Shown here in pieces: positions 49,229-58,529 of a DNA stretch of 64,000 nucleotides. The stretch lies in NCBI GenBank assembly GCA_046331525.1, contig JAXLQQ010000020.1, positions 178 through 64,177 on the forward strand, read 5' to 3'. The notes beneath the pieces are model-generated. The model saw only the letters and a list, made by a program, of their open reading frames with translations, was not told the origin of the DNA and made no database searches. Position 1 is the stretch's first letter; every line of letters begins with the position of its first letter. Source of the stretch: Blastocatellia bacterium (GTDB taxonomy: Bacteria; Acidobacteriota; Blastocatellia; RBC074). Both the position numbers and the translations under genes were made by a program.

Positions 49229-49858
49229 TTATTTCTTGTCCGCCTTTTTGTCGTCCGCTTTCTTTTCTTCCAGCTTATTTTCAGCGGGCTTCGTTTCTGC
49301 TGCTGCGTCTTTCTTCTCGTCCTTCTTCTCTTCCGGCTTTTCCCACGCGGCAATGGCTAAGCGGTCGGTGTCGCCAATCTTTTCTTTGATGATCGTGAGC
49401 GGCAGATAAATCGTTTCATTTTTGGCAAAGTAATATGTGCAGCCAATCGTGACGCTGGTATCCGTTAAATCTACGACGTTTTCCGTCAGCGGAACCGCTT
49501 CAATGACTTTGTCATCTTTGCCTTTGCGTTGCGCTAGCAAGCTGTCGTGCAGTGTGGTGTTTGATTCCGTCAACTTCTTCTGCGCGTCGGCAGACAGCAT
49601 CGCCTGCGCTTGATTGAAGTCGCCTTCTTTAATCAGTTGATTGAATTTATAAATCGTTTCATTCACCTGCTTCGGGTCATTTACCGCAACGGGCGGTGGC
49701 GGCGGCGCGACTTTGCGACTCGCCACTTTTTTGTAGACGGCGAAAGAGCCGAACAAACAAAGAATCGCAATGATCCAAAGGAAAATCGGAGTAGATTGGC
49801 CTGTGCGGGGATTTTCCCGACTGGCCGCTTCGTTGGTGTCTTCAAATACTGTTCTCAT
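49229..49858 (-). CDS. Hypothetical single-pass membrane protein with a K/E-rich tail
   Basis: TM segment IFLWIIAILCLFGSFAVY and a C-terminal EKKDEKKD-type low-complexity region. Confidence 0.55.
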   Translation of the reverse strand: MRTVFEDTNEAASRENPRTGQSTPIFLWIIAILCLFGSFAVYKKVASRKVAPPPPPVAVNDPKQVNETIYKFNQLIKEGDFNQAQAMLSADAQKKLTESNTTLHDSLLAQRKGKDDKVIEAVPLTENVVDLTDTSVTIGCTYYFAKNETIYLPLTIIKEKIGDTDRLAIAAWEKPEEKKDEKKDAAAETKPAENKLEEKKADDKKADKK

Positions 49859-50038
49859 CTACAGCCTCGCTAGCAAAAAGGGGAAGTTGATAAATACGCT
49901 CGCTGGACTTCAAGTTAACGCAGCCCTAATGCTGTGTCAAATTGAAGCTTTTCCGTTGCATCCCACGCGGGAGATGGCTAAGCTTCGCTTTTTGCTTTTG
50001 CGCTACGAGAACCACTAACACTGCCCTGGAAAGAATTT

Positions 50039-51313
50039 ATGTCCACCAAAACAACTCTTGGAATCTTAGGTCTTGGCACCGTTGGCACAGGCGTCGTCAA
50101 ATTGCTGCGCGACAACCCGCAGTTTGCAATTCGCGCCATTGCGGTGCGCGATAAAAACAAACCACGCGAAATAGATCTCTCAGCTTTTCATGTCACCGAT
50201 AACCCATTTGAATTAGCCGACGACCCAAACATCGAAATCATCGTCGAAGTCGCCGGCGGCATCGGTCAGGTACACGAAGTCGTCAAGCGTGCCATCACGA
50301 ACGGCAAACACGTCATCACGGCGAATAAGGAAATGATCGCCAAATACGGGCCGGAGATTTTCGAGGCGGCCAATCGCCACAACGTCACCGTCTTTTTTGA
50401 AGCCGCTGTCGGCGGCGGCATTCCGCTGATTTCGACGCTCCAACGCGGCCTGCAAGCTAACCGCATCTCCAAAGTCGCAGGCATCGTCAACGGCACGACG
50501 AATTACATCCTGACGATGATGGAGCAGGAAAAGAAACCGTTTGCTGAAGCCTTGCGCGAAGCCCAAGTCAAAGGCTACGCCGAAGCTGATCCGACGGATG
50601 ACGTTGAAGGCAATGATGTTGTCTACAAGATTGCGATTCTCGCTTCGCTCGCGTTTCAAGCACCAGTCGAAGTCGGGAAAATTTATCGGCAAGGCATCAC
50701 GCAAATCAGCGATTTGGACATTCAACTGGCCAATGAATTCGGCTATCGTATCAAGATGATCGGCCTCGCGCAGCCGTTCGGCAGCGCAGGCAAAATTGAT
50801 GTGCGCGCGCATCCGATGCTCGTGCCGCAGCATCATCCGCTGGCGGGCGTCGAAGGCGTCAACAACGCGATTTTTATTAGCGGCAGCGCCGTCGGCGAAA
50901 TCATGCTTTCCGGCCCCGGCGCGGGACAGTTCCCCACCGCCAGCGCCGTCGTCGGCGATGTTATTAACTTAGCCAGCGCTCTGAAGCTCCCGGATTTTGC
51001 GCGCTACTTCCAGCCCGCGATGAATTCCCAAACCTGCGATGTCAGCCCGATTGATGAAACAAACAACGCTTATTACATTCGCCTGCAAACGCTGGACGTG
51101 CCGGGCGTGATCGGCAATTTGGGAATGGCATGCGGCGAACACGGCATCAGTCTGTTGGGCCTTGTGCAAAAAGGCGTGACGGAAGACGGCATCGCCACGA
51201 TTGTGTTGCTGACGCATCGCGTGAAAGAAAGCCAGTTACAGGCGGCCTTGCGCGATATCCGCAAACAAGATACAACAAAAGACATTCCGGTTGTGTTGCG
51301 CGTTCTGAGTTAA
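50039..51313 (+). CDS. hom: Homoserine dehydrogenase with a C-terminal ACT domain
   Basis: Motifs GILGLGTVGTGV, VITANKE and GIVNGTTNYILT. Confidence 0.95.
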   Translation: MSTKTTLGILGLGTVGTGVVKLLRDNPQFAIRAIAVRDKNKPREIDLSAFHVTDNPFELADDPNIEIIVEVAGGIGQVHEVVKRAITNGKHVITANKEMIAKYGPEIFEAANRHNVTVFFEAAVGGGIPLISTLQRGLQANRISKVAGIVNGTTNYILTMMEQEKKPFAEALREAQVKGYAEADPTDDVEGNDVVYKIAILASLAFQAPVEVGKIYRQGITQISDLDIQLANEFGYRIKMIGLAQPFGSAGKIDVRAHPMLVPQHHPLAGVEGVNNAIFISGSAVGEIMLSGPGAGQFPTASAVVGDVINLASALKLPDFARYFQPAMNSQTCDVSPIDETNNAYYIRLQTLDVPGVIGNLGMACGEHGISLLGLVQKGVTEDGIATIVLLTHRVKESQLQAALRDIRKQDTTKDIPVVLRVLS

Positions 51314-51334
51314 GGTAAAATCAAGGTCTGCGGT

Positions 51335-51428
51335 AAATCGCAAAAAGCAAAAGCGAAAAGGGCGGTACTTTTTATTGTTAGTTTGAAAACTTCTCTCCGG
51401 CCTTTTACGTTTGCCTTTTGCGATTTTG
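51335..51428. repeat. Imperfect roughly 30-nt inverted repeat (GCAAAAG-unit arms) between hom and the kinase gene
   Basis: AAATCGCAAAAAGCAAAAGCGAAAAGGGCGG pairs with CCGGCCTTTTACGTTTGCCTTTTGCGATTTT. The loop is about 32 nt. Confidence 0.6.
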
Positions 51429-51452
51429 CCTTTTGAGTTTTCGGTTCGCTTT

Positions 51453-53021
51453 ATGCCCCAGCTTAAGCTAGAAAACAGTTTGGTGGATGATCGCTACGAG
51501 GTGCGCGAACGGCTGAGTCTTGGCAGCTATGCCGAAATCTTTGTCGCGCGTGACCGTCAGGCGAATGAGTTGGAAGTCGTCATTAAGGCGCTCAACACCA
51601 ATTTGCAAGGCACGCCAGAATCTGACCTTGAGAAGACACTCATCGAAAATTTTCAGAACGAAGCGATGGCGCTTGATGCCGTGCGCCATCCGCACGTTAT
51701 TTTGCGACTCGGACACGGCACGGCAGCGGATTTGAATAGTGTGCCGTTTCATTACCTCGTGCTGGAATATTTGCCGGGTGGCGATTTACTTCGATTGTGC
51801 AAGGGACAACCAGGCAGCGCGTTGGAGTTGCAGAAGGCATTGTTTTATTACAAACAAGTCTGTGAAGCCCTCGCGTATGCGCACAGCAAAGGCGTTATTC
51901 ATCGCGACCTCAAGCCGAACAATTTCCTGCTCAGCCGCGATCATTCCTTGCTCAAGGTCGCCGATTTCGGCGTCGCAAAAATGAGCGGCGAAGAAAACGC
52001 CGAAATCACGCGCGTCGGAGCCGACATTTACGCCCCGCCAGAACATCACCCAGACGAATCGCGCGGGCATATCGGACGGCTGACAGCCGCGGCGGATATT
52101 TATTCGCTGGCGAAAAGTTTTTACACCATCGTGGGGGGCCGTCCTCCTTCGCAATTCATTCGCCGCCCGATCACATCCTTGCCAGACACGATTCAAGCGC
52201 AGCCCTGGAGCGCGAGTTTATTGTCCGTGCTGAATCGCGCGACAGTGGAAAAGCCTGCGGAGCGGTATGCGACGGTCATCGAGTTTTGGAGCGAGCTGGC
52301 AAATGTTGCCGCACAAATGCCCGCCCGTGTCGTCACAGTGGAAGAGGACGCGACGCGGGTGCGTTCCAAGGAAGCGAAAGTTGAATTGAAAGTCGCCCCC
52401 ACGAATATTCCCGCCTCGCCCGATCAACCGGAATTCACCTCGTTATTGCCAGAGGCCGCGACGAATTTGCCGAACTCCACGCCACCGCCCGTAGCCGAGA
52501 AGCGAAAAATCGTCGTCAATTTCGATCCTCCACCCGCCGCCCCTGTTATAACGCCGAAATCCGCTCCGCCACCGGTTGCGCCGCGTCGCCGCTCTGCCGT
52601 TGCGCCGGAACCGGACATCCCGCTCGAATCCTTTATGGCACCGATGTGGCGGCGGGTGGCAGTGGCGTTGTTGGCAATACTGTTTTTAGCTACGCTCGTG
52701 AGCGTCTATCGTTATGCCAGAGAACGCCGCACGGCTTCGGCGAACACTTCTTCACCCGCCAATCCGATTGATAAAATTTTTGGCGAACAACTGGAAGTCA
52801 TTGCCGACGGCCTGACGGTGCGTGGCGGGCCGGGGGCGAGTTTTGAAAAGCTCGGAGAAATTACGCAAAATTCCAAGCATCGCGTCATCAGTAAAAATCC
52901 GAACGGCTGGGTACAAATTCAGGTCAGCGAATGGAGTTCTCGTTACCCCGCAAGCGCGCAAAAAGAGGGCTGGGTGAATGGCAATCCAAAATTTGTTAAC
53001 ATTACTCGCCGTTTGTTCTAA
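51453..53021 (+). CDS. Ser/Thr protein kinase with a TM segment and a C-terminal SH3b-like domain
   Basis: Motifs VIKAL, HRDLKPNNFLL, DFGVAK and APPE. TM segment VAVALLAILFLATLVSVY. C-terminal segment TVRGGPGASFEKLGEI..NGWVQIQV. Confidence 0.9.
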   Translation: MPQLKLENSLVDDRYEVRERLSLGSYAEIFVARDRQANELEVVIKALNTNLQGTPESDLEKTLIENFQNEAMALDAVRHPHVILRLGHGTAADLNSVPFHYLVLEYLPGGDLLRLCKGQPGSALELQKALFYYKQVCEALAYAHSKGVIHRDLKPNNFLLSRDHSLLKVADFGVAKMSGEENAEITRVGADIYAPPEHHPDESRGHIGRLTAAADIYSLAKSFYTIVGGRPPSQFIRRPITSLPDTIQAQPWSASLLSVLNRATVEKPAERYATVIEFWSELANVAAQMPARVVTVEEDATRVRSKEAKVELKVAPTNIPASPDQPEFTSLLPEAATNLPNSTPPPVAEKRKIVVNFDPPPAAPVITPKSAPPPVAPRRRSAVAPEPDIPLESFMAPMWRRVAVALLAILFLATLVSVYRYARERRTASANTSSPANPIDKIFGEQLEVIADGLTVRGGPGASFEKLGEITQNSKHRVISKNPNGWVQIQVSEWSSRYPASAQKEGWVNGNPKFVNITRRLF

Positions 53022-53048
53022 CCTGCATAACTACTCATCGGAGCAATT

Positions 53049-53938
53049 ATGGGTCTCAAAAACTTAATCAGTGATTTCAGACGATGGCTGGACGGCGAAG
53101 ATGCCGCTTCCTTAGCGCCGGAAGCGCCGCCCGCGCGACGCGAATGGGAAGAGTTTTTGGTGTCCGTCGCGCGTGAAGTCGAAGCCGTAATGCAACGCGA
53201 AATGTTTACGCCGCCGGGTGGGCCGACCTATATTCCGCGCGAATATCTGGTGTTTTGAGCAAGGCCGATGACGCACAATGGCAGGGCGACAAGCGGGAAG
53301 GTTTGCAGCGCGGATTGCATCACGTTCTGTCCGAACGCGCAAAGGAATTAATTCAGGACAAAGACGTACAAACGAAAAGCTTTGCGTTGGAATTGCGTGT
53401 GGATGGTACGCTCGAAAAAGGGCAATATCGCGTACAGCCTGTGTGGGACAGTTCCGCGCCCAAAACCGAGGTCAAACCGCGTAAGCCTGTCCTTGCTCCT
53501 GCCACAACGGCGATTGATGTGGAGGAAACGATTGCCGCTCCTGTGAATGAAAGCCCCGCGACGCTGGTACGACCTCGCGCGCCGCTGTTTGTGATCGAGT
53601 ATGGCCGAGCCGGAGAATCGCCGGAAACGCTTTCTGCGCATAAAACCAGCATCTCGATTGGACGCGGCGCAAAGGATATGCAGGTGGATTTGCGGTTAGA
53701 TGGTGATCTGGAAATCAGTCGCAAACATGCAACTCTGGAACAGTTGGAAGACGGGCGATTTGCAATTATGTGTGAGGGGCGTAATTCGCTAGAAGTCGCA
53801 GGCCGCGAAGTTCAGCAGGGAGATCGGCTGGAATTTGAAAGCGGTGCACTCATCAAAATTGGCATCTATCAACTCAAATGCACCGCGCCTGTCAAAGCTG
53901 AGTTGCCGCTGCCAGATGTGGCAGTAGCAGAAGGATAA
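53049..53938 (+). CDS. FhaA-like protein (DUF3662-type N-terminal domain plus C-terminal FHA domain), split by an apparent frameshift at a T-run
   Basis: The N-terminal part ends YIPREYLVF-stop at 53256-53258, and the continuation LSKADDAQW is in another frame. The FHA signature is ISIGRGAKDMQVDLRLDGDLEISRKHATL. Confidence 0.8.
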
Positions 53939-53940
53939 TC

Positions 53941-54366
53941 CTATAAAATCAATCGCCGCAGCACGCCTTGCCAGATTGTTGCATCATCAGAAAGAATCAG
54001 CAGCCCATATTTATTTCCCTGTTCCGGGTCAGTTTCTGCTACTCGCATAACTTTCGCGCAGGCGTGCGTGTCTTCTTCAGGATGCAGAATCGTGAGGATG
54101 ACGCGCTCATCCAATTGCAATTCAAGATAGGTATGTACCAATAGCCCTGTAACGCTCACATCAATACTGCGGGCGATGCCTTTTTGTTCGGGTGTCGTGA
54201 TGTGCAAATCAATTTCTATCGGGATGCGCGCGAGATACTGACGGCGATCATTGATGGAGATGGAACTTTCGTTTACTGGTGACGAAGACATAGGCGCAGC
54301 AGGCGGCGTTTCGAGAATGGAAACTTCAATCTCGTCTTCTTCATTATAGGAATGGTTCTCGTTCAT
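53941..54366 (-). CDS. PilZ-domain (c-di-GMP binding) protein
   Basis: RRQYLAR (RxxxR) and DVSVTGL (DxSxxG) motifs at the correct spacing. Confidence 0.75.
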   Translation of the reverse strand: MNENHSYNEEDEIEVSILETPPAAPMSSSPVNESSISINDRRQYLARIPIEIDLHITTPEQKGIARSIDVSVTGLLVHTYLELQLDERVILTILHPEEDTHACAKVMRVAETDPEQGNKYGLLILSDDATIWQGVLRRLIL

Positions 54367-54553
54367 GGCGACTGCCTCACGCAGAGGGGATAGCTTTTAT
54401 GAGCCGGGGCAGGTGACTTGCGCAGTGTAACACACCTTAATGGTTGCGCCAGCCATTAACGATGAAGATAATTGTCCTGTAGCCCCTATGCTTCTGGCAA
54501 CCAATCCGGTTGCAGATCATTTGTCAATGCCCGCTGTGAGAGGAGACCACGCA

Positions 54554-55720
54554 ATGATTCGGCTGAAACAGATTCTGATTGGAAAACTCGTTGCCATTTT
54601 GCTGGCTACGCAATTGCTGAGCGGCTTTCCTACGCATCGTTCGTATTTTGCGTTGGAGGCACAAGCCAGCCGCATCAATCTGGCACAATTGAGCCAGAAA
54701 ATTTCTGAGCCGGGCGGTTATTTTGGTTCCGATAATTTGGTGTCAAACGAACTCTCCTATCAACACATCATCCCAAAATTACAGGAAATGGGCGTGAGCG
54801 GCGGCGTATATCTGGGCGTAGGGCCGGATCAAAGTTTTACTTACATTGCTGCGATCAAGCCAAGCAAGGCATTCATGATTGATATCCGGCGCGATTGCCT
54901 TCTGCATCACCTGCTTTTCAAAGCCTTGTTTATGAGTGCGCGCAATCGAGCCGAATATCTTTCGCTGATGTTCGGGCGGCCTGTGCCTGCTCATTTGAAA
55001 GACTGGAATAAAAAATCGCTCAAAGAGTTGATCGAATACATTGACCGCACGCCTGCCGACAACAAGCTGATTGACAAATATCGTGTTGACATCAAACAAC
55101 TCATCAATAAATTCGGCTTCAATCTTTCCGACCGTGACCACGAAGCGATTGCACGCATTTATCAGGCGTTTTATCAATCTGGCATGGAGGTGCGTTATGT
55201 GATTCGGGATCGTCCGATGCCGTCGAACCGCTACTTCCCGAGCTATCGCAGCATCCTGCTCGAAACTGATCTTAATAACCAGCAGCGCAATTATCTGGCG
55301 ACAGAGGAGAGCTATCAGTTCCTGAAAAAGATGCAGGATCAAAATTTGATTATTCCGGTCACCGGAGATTTGTCGGGCGACCACGCAGTAAAGGAAATCG
55401 GCAAATACTTACAGGAAACGGGCGAAAAGGTTTCGGCCTTTTATGTCTCCAACGTCGAGTTTTATTTGTGGCGGCAAAGCGGCAGCTTTGAGCGATTTGT
55501 CCAAAACTTAAAGAGCCTGCCGATAGACAACAAGAGCGTGATTATTCGCAGTTATTTCAATTACGCTTACTACGCCTATCAGCATCCGAAAACGGTCGAG
55601 AATCATTTCAGTGTCCAGCAATTCCAAACCATCGAAAGCGTGATTAAGGATATGGACCCGACGACCGGTGGTTATAATTCGTATTACGATCTGGTAACGC
55701 GGCATATGGTGGATTATTGA
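54554..55720 (+). CDS. Conserved hypothetical secreted protein, family not recognised
   Basis: Signal-like segment LVAILLATQLLSG. GAGAGGAG RBS before the ATG at 54554. Clean 388-aa ORF. Confidence 0.6.
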   Translation: MIRLKQILIGKLVAILLATQLLSGFPTHRSYFALEAQASRINLAQLSQKISEPGGYFGSDNLVSNELSYQHIIPKLQEMGVSGGVYLGVGPDQSFTYIAAIKPSKAFMIDIRRDCLLHHLLFKALFMSARNRAEYLSLMFGRPVPAHLKDWNKKSLKELIEYIDRTPADNKLIDKYRVDIKQLINKFGFNLSDRDHEAIARIYQAFYQSGMEVRYVIRDRPMPSNRYFPSYRSILLETDLNNQQRNYLATEESYQFLKKMQDQNLIIPVTGDLSGDHAVKEIGKYLQETGEKVSAFYVSNVEFYLWRQSGSFERFVQNLKSLPIDNKSVIIRSYFNYAYYAYQHPKTVENHFSVQQFQTIESVIKDMDPTTGGYNSYYDLVTRHMVDY

Positions 55721-55722
55721 AA

Positions 55723-55802
55723 TTTGGTCTTTGGTTTTTGGTCTCAGGTCTTGGCGCAAAAATTCCAAGACCCAAGACCCAAGACCAAAAACCTAAAGCC
55801 AA
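55723..55802. repeat. Imperfect inverted repeat (TTGGTCT / AGACCCA unit arms), one arm carrying an extra 7-nt unit
   Basis: Left arm 55726-55754 and right arm 55765-55800, with about 23 pairs and a 7-nt bulge. Confidence 0.6.
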
Positions 55803-55878
55803 CTGACAACACGCAACTCCTCTGCTATAGTACCGCGCTTACTTCCTCCAACCTTTCTTTACTCTCGAGGTAATACCA

Positions 55879-56628
55879 ATGTCAGGGCACTCAAAGTGGC
55901 ATACAATTAAGCACAAAAAAGGCGCGCTCGATGCCAAGCGCGGCAAGATTTTTACGCGGCTCATCAAGGAAATCACTGTCGCCGCGCGCAGCGGCAGCAG
56001 TGGCGATGTCAACCTGAACGCGCGGTTGCGCAAGGCCGTTACGGATGCCAAAGCCAGCAACATGCCGAACGATACGATTGAGAAAGCTATCAAACGCGGC
56101 ACGGGCGAATTGGAAGGCGTGAGTTACGAAGAAATCACCTACGAAGGCTATGGCCCGGCGGGGGTAGCGGTGATTTTGGAAACGATGACTGACAATCGCA
56201 ATCGCACGGTCGCTGAAATCCGGCATTTATTTGGCAAGAATGGCGGCAATCTGGGCGAAGCAAATTCCGTCGCCTGGATGTTTGATCGCAAAGGCTCCAT
56301 CCTCGTGGATGTCAGCGCAAAGAGCGAAGACGAACTAATGGAAATCGCGCTCAACGCCGGAGCCGAAGACATGCAAACGGAAGCGGACAGCTATCAAATT
56401 CTTACCGCGCCAGAAGATTTCGATGCCGTGCTTGAAGCAGTGAAAGCTGCTGGCATCGAACCCCTCGAAGCCGAAATTTCCAAGATCCCGCAAAATTATA
56501 TCAAGCTCGAAGGCAAAGACGCACAACAGATGCTCAAGCTCTACGAAGCACTCGACGATCACGACGACGTGCAAAAAGTGTTTGCGAACTTCGACATTGA
56601 TGATGCGACAATGGAACAGGCAGGGTAA
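55879..56628 (+). CDS. yebC: YebC/PmpR-family transcriptional regulator
   Basis: [32 protein letters not shown]. Confidence 0.95.
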   Translation: MSGHSKWHTIKHKKGALDAKRGKIFTRLIKEITVAARSGSSGDVNLNARLRKAVTDAKASNMPNDTIEKAIKRGTGELEGVSYEEITYEGYGPAGVAVILETMTDNRNRTVAEIRHLFGKNGGNLGEANSVAWMFDRKGSILVDVSAKSEDELMEIALNAGAEDMQTEADSYQILTAPEDFDAVLEAVKAAGIEPLEAEISKIPQNYIKLEGKDAQQMLKLYEALDDHDDVQKVFANFDIDDATMEQAG

Positions 56629-56631
56629 GTC

Positions 56632-56715
56632 AGGATTTAGGATTTAGGATACAGGATTTAGTGCCTGCGCGGAGCCTTCCCTAAATCCTACCTCCTACAT
56701 CCCAAATCCTACATC
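56632..56715. repeat. Imperfect inverted repeat (AGGATTT unit arms) between yebC and the recU-like gene
   Basis: AGGATTTAGGATTTAGGATACAGGATTTAG pairs with CTAAATCCTACCTCCTACATCCCAAATCCTACATC, including a 9-bp perfect core next to the loop. Confidence 0.6.
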
Positions 56716-56716
56716 T

Positions 56717-57421
56717 ATGACCTTCAAACGTCGCGGAGCCGAAACCGGCAGCGGCTTCCAGGATGCCATCAATCGAACCAACGAAGCTTACGAAAAGCTG
56801 GGGCGCGCCTGCATTACGCGCAAGGCGATTCCCGGCAAATACCTGATCGAACGCGGTGAGGCGCGACGTGGCTTGTCGTTGCCCGCCATGAATCTGGCCG
56901 CGCCCGGCGAACAGGCGCGGCTTTCCTCCCACAATCTCAAAGACCTGGTCAAAGAAAACAAGGCCAAAGACTGGCGCAAGTTTATTCCCGAATCCAAAGC
57001 CGAGCCGGATTACGGCGGTGCCATCGCTCCTGACGGCCGCGCGATTTATTACGACGCCAAAACCACACGACGCCAGGTGCTGGACTTCGATAACCTGCAC
57101 GCACATCAAATCGAATTTTTAGAACGCGCCGGACGGGTTGGTGCAGTGGCAGGCTTTCTTGTCGAATTCAGCACACATCAGGAAGTCTATTTTTTGCCTA
57201 TCCAAATCGTTGTGCTATGGCGTGAACAAGCGCAGCGCAAGAGCATTCCGTACCAGTTTTTTGCCAATCACCTAGCGCTCGTTCCGCCGGGCAAAGGCTT
57301 AGTCCTCTTCGATTACCTTGCTGCGATTACCGTGCAGGAGCAGCGTTATCAGCAGGATTACTCGGCCTTCAAACTGCCTGCTACTGCGATAGGGCAAAGA
57401 GCAAAGATGCTTGTTTCTTGA
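56717..57421 (+). CDS. RecU-like PD-(D/E)xK Holliday junction resolvase
   Basis: GSGFQDAINRTNEAY, PDYGG..GRAIYYDAKTT and HAHQIEFL..GFLVEF..VYFLP parallel the Bacillus RecU blocks (DYNG..IDFEAKET..HQIEHM). Confidence 0.65.
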   Translation: MTFKRRGAETGSGFQDAINRTNEAYEKLGRACITRKAIPGKYLIERGEARRGLSLPAMNLAAPGEQARLSSHNLKDLVKENKAKDWRKFIPESKAEPDYGGAIAPDGRAIYYDAKTTRRQVLDFDNLHAHQIEFLERAGRVGAVAGFLVEFSTHQEVYFLPIQIVVLWREQAQRKSIPYQFFANHLALVPPGKGLVLFDYLAAITVQEQRYQQDYSAFKLPATAIGQRAKMLVS

Positions 57422-57606
57422 CCCCCCGCCCTTCTGCTCCAACTTTTTTCAGCCGACAGAAAAAATCTCTATAACCCTGAAACGTTTTGCGATGTAGCCT
57501 CATATAGTCATGAGGCTATACCGACAAATCCTTTTGAGTTTGCAACTGATCCTGTCGTTTTCCCGTTGGGAAACAGACAGGGACGATAACAAGGTACAGG
57601 AAAGAT

Positions 57607-58386
57607 ATGAAACGCCCATTCTGCTCGACGCTTTGTGTCCTTAGTTTGCTGTTCACTTTTTTCTCGTCTGCCTCTGCCCAGACGTTTCCCGTCAAAAAAC
57701 AACGCAAGCTGAACATTCCCGGCCCACGGGCTTTTGTGTATGACGAACGACTGTCTGCATTGCGCGCCAAACCTGATGTCAAAGCACCACTAATCGCGCG
57801 GCTCCATCGCAATCGTGAAGTCGGCATCGTCGGTACTCCGCGCAGCACGAACGGCGGGCCGCTGTTTTATCCCGTTGCCATTTCACGCAACCAGCGCGGC
57901 TGGATCATTGCTGAAGCGTTGGCTCGCCCGCAGCTCGAACCAGATGCAGCCCGCTTGATGAGTGTGCTTGAAGACACTAAAGACGATTTTGCGCGCGCGC
58001 GCTTGGCTCGACTCTGTGCCGATCAATACCGCAGCTTGGAACATGCGCCGCGTGCCTTGCTCACCTTAGGCGAAGTGGCCGAACGGGCGGCCAGCAAGCT
58101 TTCCCGCGAAGCACAAAAGCGAATCGGCGAACCGGATGAAGCGCTCGATAAAAATTTGAGCGCCCGTGAATATTTGCTGAATTATGTCGGACTGGATCGG
58201 TACAACAAACTCGGTGTTACTTTTGATTACGACCCAGCGGGCGAACGGCTGGTGTATGACGGCGGCGCTTACCGGGAAATTCTGAAAAAATATCCGCGCA
58301 GCGCAGTGGCAAAAGAAGCGCAGGAACGTCTGGCCAAACTCACCAGCCCTGCCACGCAAGCCGCGCGCAACGAAGACGCGAAATAG
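57607..58386 (+). CDS. Hypothetical secreted protein
   Basis: Signal peptide LCVLSLLFTFFSSASAQ. Clean ORF. Family not recognised. Confidence 0.55.
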   Translation: MKRPFCSTLCVLSLLFTFFSSASAQTFPVKKQRKLNIPGPRAFVYDERLSALRAKPDVKAPLIARLHRNREVGIVGTPRSTNGGPLFYPVAISRNQRGWIIAEALARPQLEPDAARLMSVLEDTKDDFARARLARLCADQYRSLEHAPRALLTLGEVAERAASKLSREAQKRIGEPDEALDKNLSAREYLLNYVGLDRYNKLGVTFDYDPAGERLVYDGGAYREILKKYPRSAVAKEAQERLAKLTSPATQAARNEDAK

Positions 58387-58529
58387 CGCGCACGATTTTA
58401 TCATTTGTGTTCTCAGGCAATGGGGGAGAACTCCCTTCTCAATGGCTTATTCTTGGGTATTGGAAATGAGTCTTGGGAAGGGAGATGGTCGGGAACGGCT
58501 TACGATAAATACAGCCAGTTGTAAGCCGC

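Noticed and set aside
58496-58528. An 8-bp perfect stem CGGCTTAC..GTAAGCCG between the convergent 57607 gene and the MFS gene, considered as a bidirectional terminator
   Set aside because: It has a 17-nt loop and no flanking A or T tracts. It may still act as a terminator, but it does not meet the criteria for an intrinsic terminator, so I did not list it as a feature.
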